Origin: an uncultured Gemmatimonadales bacterium
GTDB taxonomy: Bacteria > Gemmatimonadota > Gemmatimonadetes > Longimicrobiales > Gaopeijiaceae
DNA: 64,000 nucleotides
Direction of reading: 5' to 3'
NCBI GenBank assembly: GCA_963823035.1
Contig: CAWGKG010000020.1
Location: 128,001 to 192,000, forward strand
Positions 51,866-62,650 of this stretch are shown here, in pieces. Each line of letters begins with the position of its first letter. The first letter of the stretch is position 1. The notes under the pieces were generated by a model, which saw only the letters and a list, made by a program, of their open reading frames with translations, was not told the origin of the DNA and did not search any database. The translations under genes and the position numbers were made by a program.

Positions 51866-54098
51866 TTGCGTCGCTCGAGCTCGACCGCTGTTTCCGCCGC
51901 CGCCTTCCTGATCGCGGGCACGCCCGCGTTCGCCCAGGTATCCGCCACCCGAAGTGAAGCCGACCGGCTGCGCGTCGAGGCGGCCGAAGCCACCGGGGGC
52001 GTGCGGGTCGACGGCGTGCTCGACGACGAGGTGTGGAGCCGGGCACGCCCCGTCACCGGCTTCGTCCAGGCCGAGCCCCGCGAGGGGCAGCCGGCGTCCG
52101 AGCGCACCGAGGTGCGCGTGGCGTGGGATGCGGAGAATCTCTACATCGGCGCCTATCTGCACGACGACGCCCCGGACGGGGTCGTGGTCACGGACATCAA
52201 GAAGGACTTCGTGGAGACCGAGCAGGATGCCTTCTCGGTGATCCTCGACACCTTCCACGACCGCAGGAACGGCTACCTCTTCAGCACCAACCCCGAGGGC
52301 GCCCGCGCGGACCAGCAGGTGGCCAACGAGGGGCGCGAGATCAACCAGAGCTGGGACGCGATCTGGCGCGTGCGCTCGCGGCGGGTGGACGACGGGTGGA
52401 CCACGGAGATGGCGATCCCCTTCCGGGCGCTGCGCTTCGACGAAGGCGTGGACCGGCCCTGGGGGATCAACTTCCGCCGTCGCGTGCGCCGGAAGAACGA
52501 GATCGACTACTGGTCGCCGGTGCCTCGCGCGTACGAGCTGACACGGCTGTCGCTCGCCGGTGACCTGTACGGTCTGCCGCGCGCGTCCGGGGGGCGGGAC
52601 CTCAGGGTCAAGCCGTACGTGATGGGCGCGGAGGTGCGCGCGACCGGCGAGGAGGACTACGAGACCCGTCGCGAGGCCGGCGTGGACGTGAAGGCGCGCG
52701 TCCTCGACGCCTTCACGCTGGACCTGACCGTCAACCCGGACTTCGCGCAGGTGGAGGCGGACGTCCAGCAGGTCAACCTGACGCAGTTCAGCCAGTTCTT
52801 CCCGGAGAAGCGCGAGTTCTTCCTGGAGAACTCCGGGCTCTTCTACGTGGGCGACGCGGCGCGCAACAACCGCGTGAACGCCGTCGCCCACGCCGGACGA
52901 GGACCTCCTCCTCTTCTTCTCACGCCGGGTGGGCGTGGCCGACGACGGGCGCGCGATCCCGATCGTGGCGGGCGGGCGCCTGACCGGCCGCGTGGGCGGC
53001 ACGAACATCGGCGCGATCGCGATGCGCACGGAAGACGTCGGCGGCCTTCCGGGGAGCGACTACACGGTGCTCCGCGTCCGCCAGAACGTCTTCGAGGGGT
53101 CGGACATCGGCGGGATCTTCATGATGAAGGATGCCCGCCGCGCCGTCCCCGACCTCGGCGACGACTACAACCGGGTCTTCGGCGCCGACGCGAACATCCG
53201 CTTCTTCGGCAACGTGGACTGGAACACCTACGTGGTGGGCACGCAGTCGCCGGGACCCGACCAGGGGCAGTACGCCTGGCGCACGTCGCTCAACCGCGAG
53301 TCCAACTTCGTGCACGCCAAGTTCGGCGCGATGCAGCTCGGCGAGAACTTCCGCGACGACCTCGGCTTCTACCGGCGCACGGGCGTGCGCAAGTACTTCA
53401 TCGACTTCGGGCTGCGCCCACGTCCGGAGACGATGCGCCGTCACGGCGTGCGCGAGATGCACCCGCACATCGTGTGGAACTACTACGAGGACCTCTCCGG
53501 GCGGATGGTCGCCAAGAACCTCCACTCCGGGTACACCTTCTTCATGAACGACGGGGGGTACTGGGAGCTGAGCGTGAACCCGGCGTTCGAGCGGATCGAC
53601 GCGCCGTTCGCGATCTCGCCCGACATCGATCCGATCCCCGTCCGGCTCCTACGGCTGGACCGCCTACCAGCTCCGCGGCAGCTCCGATCCGAGCCGGCGC
53701 GTCTCGGGCGGCTTCACCGGCATCGTGGGCGGGCTGTGGAGCGGAACCCAGCGCACCGTGAACGCCAACGTCACGCTCCGGCCGTCCTTCCGCTTCTACC
53801 TGGAGGCGCAGCTCCAGCGCACGTATGGCGAAGCTGGACCTTCCGGACGCGGACTTCACCAAGACGTTCTGGACGTTCCGCTCGAACTTCTCGTTCAACA
53901 CGAACATGTTCATCGACGCGCTCGTCCAGTACGACCCGGGCTCCGAGCTGGTGAACACCAACGTGCGCTTCAACCTGATCCACCACCCGCTGAGCGACCT
54001 CTTCATCGTCTTCAACGAGCAGCGCTTCGCCACGGGTGAGGGCATTCCCGCCGGGGCGCGGGCTGACGATCAAGGCGACGCAGATGGTGGCGTTCTAG
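51866..54098 (+). CDS. DUF5916/CBM9-like outer-membrane protein (about four frameshifts)
   Basis: GAGGAG plus TTG, signal AFA-Q; VDGVLDDEVW, LDTFHDRRNG, TVNPDFAQVEAD, FPEKREFFLEN; ends TIKATQMVAF*. Confidence 0.85.
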
Positions 54099-54212
54099 CC
54101 CGGACGCCCGTACCCTCCCGCGAATCACCTCGTGGGACGACGTAGGTATCGTCGGATGCGACACTGGCGTGCGGCAGCGCCGGAACCTTAGTCTGCTCGT
54201 TCGAGGTTGCTG

Positions 54213-54445
54213 TAAGATTGAAGGAATTCGTCGCGGCGTCTGGTCCCCCCCGACGCCGCGGCCGTCGGCTCCTCGCGTGAGCCGACCCGGGTGGGCATCT
54301 CGCCACCCGCTCTCGTGAGGGTGAGCCGGGGCCGTGCGCTTCCGATGCGCCGGACCGGCGGAGATACGCGATATCGGCAGCAGGGGCTGCCGTGTACCGG
54401 GCCGGGATGGGAGGCGAACCATCACCCTGAACAAGGGGGGACCGC
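54213..54445 (+). promoter_or_regulatory. -10 box (TAAGAT) and highly structured leader of about 220 nt upstream of susC
   Basis: At least five consecutive hairpins (see findings). Confidence 0.45.
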
Positions 54446-57400
54446 ATGTCCAAACATCGTTCGTTCACGTTGATCCTGGGGCTCTGCCCTGTTGCTCCCG
54501 GGCCTACTGTCGGCGCAGGAGACGCTGGTCGTGGGCACCGTGAAGAGCCGCACGGGCGAGCCGGTGCGTGGCGCGTACGTGTTGATCCAGTCGATCAACA
54601 TCGGCACGCTCACCAACGACGCCGGCAACTACCGCCTCACCGTGCCGGCGCGCCCAGGCGTCCGGGACGGTCACGCTCGAGGCGCAGAGCATCGGCTACA
54701 GCGCGGTGAGCGTCGAGATGGACCTGACGCCGGGCACGACCATCCGCCACGACTTCACGCTCACGGAGCAGGCGATCTCCCTCCAGGAGGTCGTCGTCAC
54801 GGGTACGGCCGGGCGTCTCGAGCGCAAGGCGCAGGCCGCGGTGGTCGAGAAGCTCGACGCCGCCCGCGTCACGGAGGTGGCGCCGGTCAACAACTTCCAG
54901 ACGCTCCTGCAGGCGCGCGTGCCGGGCGTGCACCTGGACGCCGGCTCCGGCTCGGTGGGCACGGCGCCCACGATCCGCATCCGGGGGCAGGTCGTCGATC
55001 TCCCTCTCCAACGAGCCGCTGGTGTTCATCGACGGCATCCGCATGGACGCCAGGCAGGGCACCGGTGAGGAGGGCGGCCAGGTGTTCAGCGTGCCTGGGT
55101 CAGAGCGTGAGCCGCATGAACGACCTGGCTCCCGGAGGACATCGAGTCGATCGAGGTCGTGAAGGGCCCGGCGGCCGCGACGCTCTACGGCGCCGACGCG
55201 TCGGCGGGCGTGATCAACATCATCACCAAGCGCGGCCGCGCGTCCGGTGGCTTCACGCAGACGGTCTCCGCCGAGTACACGGGCCTGGACACCAACTTCA
55301 CTCCGCCGGCCAACGAGGCGGCGTGCTCGGCGTCGCGACGTGACCAACGCCGAGCGGATCCTCTGCTTCGGCAAGACCGAGGGGACGCTGGTGACGGACA
55401 ATCCCCTCGAGCGGCTCGACGTCTTCCAGCCCGGGCACGGACGCAGCCTGTCGTACTCCATCCGCGGCGGCGGGCAGAACTACGGCGTGTTCCTGTCGGC
55501 GACGCGCGGACGACGAGAAGGGCTCGCTGCCCAACAACGAGTTCCAGCGGTTGAGCTTCCGGTCGAACTTCGACTTCATCATCAACCAGCAGCTCCGCGT
55601 CGAGGCGGGGTGGGGCATCTCGAAGACCAAGACCCGCCTGCCGTACTCCGACAACTCGGTGTACGGCATGGTGGCGGCGGGCTTCCTGGGGAACCCGCGG
55701 ACCGTGGGCACCGTGCGCCAACGGCCTCTACTCCGGCGCCGGCGTGGGCGGCATCGACGGTCGCGCGCAGCATCGAGAACTTCGACGACGCGTTCCGCTT
55801 CCAGCCCCGCATCGCGGTGAACTGGGCGCCGCGCCAGAACCTCACGAACAAGTTCACGCTGGGCGCGGACCTCACGCGCACGTCGCGCGTGGCTGTTCTT
55901 CCCGAAGAACGACGGCAACTGGTACGCCTCGGACGCGTCCAACTCCGGCACGATCGACGAGGCGCGCCGCGCGGACAACCGCTGGACGATCGACTACCTG
56001 GGCAACCTCACCCTGGACCTGACCGCGGACCTGCGCACGGACATCTCCTGGGGGCTGCAGACCATCGTCACCAAGACAGACCAGGTGAGCGCGCACGGTG
56101 AGGGGCTGGTGGCCAACGCCGCGCGCTCCGTGGGCGCCGCTTCGACGCAGACCGGCAACCAGTTCGTGAACGAGAGCCGGTCCAACGGCGTGTTCGGCCA
56201 GCTCCAGACGAGCTGGAAGGACAAGCTCTTCATGCAGGTGGCGGGGCGCCTGGACCGCAACTCGGCCTTCGGCGTCGAGTCGCAAGTACTTCTTCAGCCC
56301 GAAGGCTGGGCTCGTCCTACGTGCTGTCGGAGGAGGGCTTCTGGCAGAACTCCGCCCTGGGCGACCTGATCAGCACGTTCCGCGTGCGCGGCGCGTACGG
56401 CACCACGGGCCGCTCGCCCACCAGCGGCGCGCTGGCGACGTACAACACCTCGCCGTTCGTGCTGTACAGCGACGGCACCGTGAAGCCGGGCGTCACGCCG
56501 CACGATCCGGGCAACACCGAGCTCAAGCCGGAGCGCGGCACCGAGGTCGAGATGGGCTTCGAGGCCGGGCTGCTGGACGAGCGGGTGAGCCTCGAGGTCA
56601 CGTACTTCGACAAGACCACGACGGACGCCATCCTGCGCCAGCCCATCGCGCCGTCGCTGGGCTTCGACCAGAACCCGTACGTCAACATCGGCAAGCTCAC
56701 CAACAAGGGGCTTCGAGGTCGCGGCGTCCGCCCGCATGCTCACGATGCAGGACCTGGGGTGGGAGCTGCGCGGCACGCTCGCGACCGTGAAGAACGAGGT
56801 GGTGGACATGGGCGGCATCGAGCCGTTCGGGACCATCACGCGCACCCGTGAGGGAGCGCCCGTCAACTCGTTCCACACCTACGTGGTGCGGCGGGTGGAC
56901 GAGGCGAACGACGTCGCGATCGTGTCCGACACGCTGGAGTTCATCGGCAACACGATCCCGGGCTGGGAGAGCACGCTCACCTCGACGGTGAACTTCCTCC
57001 GGTACTTCACGCTCTACGCGCAGCTCGACATGCGGGGCGACGTGCTCAAGCGTGACTTCTCCTCCGACTTCCGCGATCGGCAGTTCCGCAACTCGCCGAC
57101 GTGGAACCACCGCGAGGAGCTGAGCGCGGAAGAGCGGCTGCGCCGCTTCGGGCCGTTCAAGACGGAGAGCGGCGACGACATCACGTTCAGCCAGGTGAAC
57201 GGCATGTACATCACGGACGCGAGCTACGTGCGCCTTCGCGAGGTCTCGCTGAGCATGTCGGCACCCGAATCGCTGGCGCGCGCCATGCGCGCGCGCACGG
57301 CGAGCTTCACCCTCGCGGCGCGCAACCTGAAGACCTGGACGGACTACACCGGGCTCGATCCGGAGACGACCTACGTCAACGGACCGGAGTTCTTCACCGT

Positions 57401-57446
57401 TCCCGCGGAGCGGCGGTTCTCGTTCCGCGTGAGCCTCACCTACTAG
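54446..57446 (+). CDS. SusC/RagA-like TonB-dependent receptor (many frameshifts)
   Basis: N-terminal carboxypeptidase-regulatory-like domain, [61 protein letters not shown], terminal Tyr. Confidence 0.9.
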
Positions 57447-57461
57447 ATGGGAGGAGGCATC

Positions 57462-58704
57462 ATGAGACGGCGAATCCATCGTATCGCTACCTTCGCGGCC
57501 CTTCTCTCGATCACGGGCTGCACGGATTCCTTCTTCCAGATCACCGACCCCGACGAGTTGCAGGCGACGGCGGTCGATCCCGAGGCGGACGGTCCCGCGC
57601 TGGCGCGCTCCGCGTTCCAGAACCTCGCCACCGCGTACGGCAACGTCGCGCTCTACGTCGGCGTGGTGGGCGTACGAGGCGCGCGTCGGGGACACCTTCC
57701 CGACCCGCAACGAGTTCGGTCGGCGGTTCATCGACGACACGAACGGCACCCTCAACACCGAGGGATGGAGCCCGCTCGTCCTGGCGGCCAGCACGGGCGA
57801 GCAGGCGGTGGGCATCCTCCAGAGCGTCGGCGGCCTGCCGCTGGCCATCGCGGCCTTCACCGAGGGCTACGCGCTGGAGCTCATGGCCGAGACGTTCTGC
57901 GAGGGCACGGTGGCCGCGGACCCGCAGACGCCGGGGCCCAGGATGTCGACCCAGGAGATGCTGTCCCTCGCGGTCGAGCGGCTGACGCTCGCCAACACCG
58001 AGGGCAAGGCGTCGGGCACGGACGAGGGCGACGCCCTCGCCACGGCCGCGATGGTGGGCATCGCCCGCGCGCAGCTCCAGGCCGGGAACACGTCGGCGGC
58101 GGCCGCCGCCGCCGCGCAGGTTCCGGCGGACTTCGAGTTCGACCTCAAGTACGTGGACGACGCGGCGAACCGTGGCCGGCTCGGCAACAACCTCTGGAAC
58201 TTCACCACGTCGCGGACCTCGCTGGTCGTGCCGCCCGAGTACATGGCCATGGCGGACGCGGGCGACCCCCGCATCAGCTACGAGGATGCCGGCAAGCTGG
58301 CTCAGGACTCGGAGCTCGAGTTCATCAAGCAGCTGAAGTTCCCGTCGTACGCGGCGCCGATCCGTCTCGCCTCGGGGCTGGAGGCCCGCTACATCGCGGC
58401 CGAGGCCACGGGCAGCATGGCCGACCAGCTCGCGCTCATCAACGAGCGGCGCGCGGTGGGCAACCAGGGGGACTTCACCTCCTCGGACCCGGCCGCGGTC
58501 TTCGCCGAGCTGATGGAGCAGCGCGTGCGGGACTTCTGGCTCGAGGGGAAGAAGATGGGCGACTACCGGCGCAACGGTGACGCCGTGCCCTACTTCCTCC
58601 CGGACAACAGCGAGTACTACAAGTCGGGTGTGGGCGACGTGGGCACGCAGAAGTGCTGGCCGGTGCCCGACGTGGAGAAGCGGACGAACCCGAACTTCGG
58701 ATGA
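57462..58704 (+). CDS. SusD/RagB-like lipoprotein (frameshift about 57667)
   Basis: Lipobox ITGC, EARYIAAEA, LINERR, RDFWLEGKKMGDYRR, WPVPDVEKRTNPN. Confidence 0.85.
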
Positions 58705-58715
58705 CCTGAACCGCG

Positions 58716-58750
58716 GTGCGGCCCCCGGGGGAAGCCTCCGGGGGCCGCGC
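58716..58750 (+). terminator. Strong hairpin after susD (terminator or mRNA stabiliser; no U-tract)
   Basis: GTGCGGCCCCCGGGGG-aag-CCTCCGGGGGCCGCGC, about 16-bp stem with G-U pairs. Confidence 0.6.
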
Positions 58751-58762
58751 TCATTCCATACC

Positions 58763-59968
58763 ATGGGTTTTTCGGCGAGGGGCCGTGTGGGGGTGGTGAC
58801 GGTGCTCCTGGCGTTGGGTGTCGTCCCGGGGGCGGCGGCGCAGCGCGCGCCGGTGGCCGTGATCGGCCACCTCTACGACCTGGACGACGGCCTGCCGGTC
58901 GAGGGCGCGGTCGTGACCGTCGCTGGGACGGCCGCGCGCGCGGTGACCGACACGCTCGGTGCCTTCCGCCTGGCCGGTGTGCCGCCGGGCGCGCACGTGC
59001 TCCAGGTCCGCCACATCGCGTACGGCATGCACGAGCACGCGATGGAGGTCCCCGGGGGCATCGACCTCACCCTGGAGCTGCGGCTCTCCCGCCAGGCGCT
59101 GGAGCTGGAGCCCCTCGACGTGGAGGTGGCGCGAAGACCGCGCACGCAGAGCACGCGCAGCAACGTGGTCACGCGCCGGCAGATCGCGAGCGTGGAGGAC
59201 CGGGCCCGCCACATCGGGGACGTGGTGCGTACGTTCATTCCCGGCGCCACCGTCACCGAGACGCAGGGCGGCTTCTTCTGTCTCGAGTTCCGCGGCGCGG
59301 CCGGGAGCCGCACGACCGGGTGCAACTTCCCCCTGGTGGTGCTCGACGGCCTTCCGGTCGGGGACGCCTACCACTTCCTCCGGGACCTGCGCGTCCAGGA
59401 CCTGGAGCGCATCGAGTTCGTGCCCGCGAGCCAGGGCGCGGCGCGCTACGGGATGGGCGCCACGTACGGTGCGCTCGTCATCGATACCCGCCGCTCGGGG
59501 ATCGTCGCGGCGGAGCCCGACGCGGCCCCGACGCGCTTCCCGGCCTGGGACTGGTCGCGGGAGCCGGAGGGCCACCCGACGTGGCGCAGCATCGCGGGCG
59601 CCGGGCTGGGCTCGGTGGTCGGCACGGGCGTGGCGCTCCTGGCGGTCGGCTGCTTCCCGGGCTCCTCGGGAGAGACCGCGCCGTGCGTCCATGGCGTCGG
59701 CACGGCCGCCGGCGTGGGCGCGCTCGCACTGCCGCTCCTGGGCTCCGTCCTCGGCGCCCGCCGGATGGGGCGCACCGGAGCATCCAGGGGGCGCCTGCTG
59801 CCGAGCCTCGCGATGGCGGCGGTGCCCGCGGCGCTGGGATACGCCCTCTATCGGCAGGGGGCGGGCTCGGACTTCGCGGGGGAGCGCCGCATCGGGAGCG
59901 TGCTGGTGGTGCTCGGGACGCCGCTGGTCGCCACGCTCGCCGACCGCCTCTTCCGCGCACGCCGATGA
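58763..59968 (+). CDS. Carboxypeptidase-regulatory-like plus TonB plug-like domain plus C-terminal TM helices
   Basis: Signal peptide, TDTLGAFRL, LEPLDVEV, PLVVLDG, DLERIEFV..ARYG..GALVIDTR, four hydrophobic segments. Confidence 0.75.
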   Translation: MGFSARGRVGVVTVLLALGVVPGAAAQRAPVAVIGHLYDLDDGLPVEGAVVTVAGTAARAVTDTLGAFRLAGVPPGAHVLQVRHIAYGMHEHAMEVPGGIDLTLELRLSRQALELEPLDVEVARRPRTQSTRSNVVTRRQIASVEDRARHIGDVVRTFIPGATVTETQGGFFCLEFRGAAGSRTTGCNFPLVVLDGLPVGDAYHFLRDLRVQDLERIEFVPASQGAARYGMGATYGALVIDTRRSGIVAAEPDAAPTRFPAWDWSREPEGHPTWRSIAGAGLGSVVGTGVALLAVGCFPGSSGETAPCVHGVGTAAGVGALALPLLGSVLGARRMGRTGASRGRLLPSLAMAAVPAALGYALYRQGAGSDFAGERRIGSVLVVLGTPLVATLADRLFRARR

Positions 59969-60027
59969 ACCCCCATCTCGGGAGATCCACGATGGACGTT
60001 CGCCACCCACCACGAAGGAGGACGACG

Positions 60028-62063
60028 ATGACGAAAGCGGCACGCCGAACGGTGCACTGCCTCCTGATGATCGGAGTCGCCCTTCCCTGCGGGGCGGCGG
60101 CGCAGGCACCCCTCAAGAAGCTCTCCCTGGAGAGCTACCTCGACATGGAGTCGGTGTCGAGCCCGCAGATCTCGCCGGACGGGACGAGCATCGTCTACGC
60201 GCGCGGTTGGGTCGACAGGATGAACGACCGGCACGAGTCGTCCGTCTGGATCATGAACGCCGACGGGAGCCGGAACCGCTTCCTCGTGGACGGATCGTCG
60301 CCGGTGTGGTCGCCGGACGGCACGCGCATCGCGTATACGGCGCGGGGCGAGCCGGACGGAACGCAGATCTTCGTCCGATGGATGGACGACGAGGGCGCGA
60401 CCACGCAGATCACGCGCGTCGAGCACGCGCCGTCCAGCGTGCGTTGGTCACCCGACGGGCGCTGGCTCTCCTTCACGATGTCGGTGGACGACGACGAGAG
60501 CTGGGGGATCCACCCGCCGGGAAGGCCCGACGGCGCGAAGTGGACGGCGGACCCGAAGATCGTGACGCGCGCCGACTACCGGCAGGACCGGCAGGGCTTC
60601 ACGGACACGGGGTGGCGGCACGTCTTCGTGGTGCCGGCGGAGGGCGGCACGCCCCGCCAGCTCACGGACGGGAAGTGGAACCACTCCGGCGCCGAGTGGA
60701 CGCCGGACGGGAAGGCGCTCGTCTTCTCCGCGCTGCGCACGGCGGACGCCGAGCTCGCATGGCGGGAATCGGAGATCTACGCCGTGGACGTCGCCGGCGG
60801 CGCGATCCGGCAGCTCACGCACAGGAAGGGGATCGACACCGATCCGATGCCGTCGCCGGACGGCAAGCTCATCGCCTATCGCGGTGACGACTGGAACGAC
60901 GACACGTACCGGAACACGAAGGTCTACGTGATGGCGCCGGACGGCTCGAACCCCCGCATGATCTCCGGGGACTTCGACCGACAGGCGTCGGGCTTCACCT
61001 GGGCCGGCGACGGCAGCGGGCTCTACTTCACCGCGAACGACGCGGGCAGCCGGAACCTGTACTTCCTCTCCCTGTCGTCGGGCGTGCGCCAGCTCACCGA
61101 GGGCACCCAGCTCATCGACATCGGGTCGGTGAGCGCATCGGGGACGCTCGTGGGCACGCGCACCAGCTTCCAGGCCCCGGGGGACGTGGTGGCGCTGAAC
61201 GTGAAGAGCCCGGGGACGATCCGGCAGCTCACGCACGTGAACGACGACGTCCTGGCCGGCGTGACGCTCGGCGACGTCGAGGAGATCCGAGTACGGGTCG
61301 GTGGACGGCTTCCGCATCCAGGGTTGGATCGTCAAGCCGCCGGACTTCGATCCCGTCGAAGAAGTACCCGATGATGCTGTCGATCCACGGTGGCCCGCAC
61401 AGCATGTACACGGTGGGCTTCAACTTCGGGTGGCAGGAGCACGCGGCGAACGGATACGTGGTGCTCTACCTGAACCCGCGCGGCAGCACCGGATACGGGA
61501 GCGCCTTCGCCAACGCCATCAAGAACGCGTACCCGGGGAAGGACTTCGACGACCTGATGAACGGCGTGGACGAGGTGCTGCGTCGCGGCTACGTCGACGA
61601 GGAGAACCTCTTCGTGTACGGCTGCTCCGGGGGCGGCGTGCTCACGTCGTGGATCGTCGGCCACACGGACCGCTTCGCGGCGGCGTCGGCCAACTGCCCT
61701 GTGATCGACTGGATCTCGTTCGTGGGCAACACGGACAGCCCCGGCTGGTATCGGAACTTCGAGAAGCTGCCGTGGGAGGATCCGAGCGAGCACCTGCGCC
61801 GCTCGTCGCTCATGTACGTGGGCAACGTCAAGACGCCCACCATGCTCATGACCGGCGTGAACGACCTGCGCACGCCGATCCCGCAGACCGAGGAGTTCTA
61901 CGAGGCGCTGAAGATCGAGGGCGTGCCCACCGCCATGGTCCGCTTCAACAACGAGTGGCACGGCACGTCGAGCACTCCGTCGAACTTCCTGCGCACGCAG
62001 CTCTACCTGAGGGAGTGGTTCAAGCGGTACGCGCGGGGTGCCGCGGTCACGGAGGAGCCTTGA
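60028..62063 (+). CDS. S9 family (prolyl oligopeptidase/acylaminoacyl) peptidase (frameshifts about 61290 and 61360)
   Basis: WSPDG propeller repeats, IHGGPH, NPRGSTGYG, GCSGGG nucleophile elbow, D (NDLRT) and H (EWHG). Confidence 0.92.
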
Positions 62064-62068
62064 CGGTG

Positions 62069-62575
62069 ATGAAGACCACGGGGGCACGCGCGAGACGCAT
62101 GCGAGGAGTGGGCGCGGCCCTGCTCTGCGGGACGTTGGTGGCGTGCGCTTCGGGAGGTGGAGGATCCGCTTCGCGCACCCACAACAGCCGGAGCCCCATC
62201 ACGCGGGCCGAGATCGGGGATCGTGGGTCGCTCGACCTCTACACGGTGGTTCAGCAACTGCGGCCGAGCTGGCTCCAGAACCGTGGCCAGGCCACGCCGG
62301 TGGGTGGCGTGCGCGTGGTGCGCGTCGCGATCGACGGGCGCCTCCAGGCGGGCTCGGCCGAGGTGCTGCGCTCCCTGCGCGGTGCGGAGGTCCAGGAGCT
62401 CCGCTACCTGAGCGGGCAGGACGCGCAGACGCGCTTCGGCATGGACACCGAAGGCGGCGTGATCGCCGTGACCACCGACCGCGGGGGGGGGGCGGCGCGG
62501 GATCCTGAGTCGGCGGCGGCCCGGCGACGGGTCGCCTCCCTCCCCCGGGATGCGGGAGGGCGGGGGTGGACGTAG
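62069..62575 (+). CDS. Small lipoprotein with TonB plug-like domain only (may end at 62508 if the G-run is miscalled)
   Basis: Lipobox LVAC; ITRAEI...QLRPSWL...ELRYLSGQDAQTRFG...GGVIAVTT. Confidence 0.7.
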   Translation: MKTTGARARRMRGVGAALLCGTLVACASGGGGSASRTHNSRSPITRAEIGDRGSLDLYTVVQQLRPSWLQNRGQATPVGGVRVVRVAIDGRLQAGSAEVLRSLRGAEVQELRYLSGQDAQTRFGMDTEGGVIAVTTDRGGGAARDPESAAARRRVASLPRDAGGRGWT

Positions 62576-62650
62576 CTTTCCGCGTTCCCGCATCCTTGGG
62601 GGCCGGGTGCCGCGGTCGCGGCGCCGCACGAGCGCGAAGAGGGAGGCGAC

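Noticed and set aside
50099..53761. 1220-aa ORF as one protein
   Set aside because: Antisense shadow of DUF4159 joined to the real DUF5916 N-terminus, which starts at TTG 51866 with its own RBS
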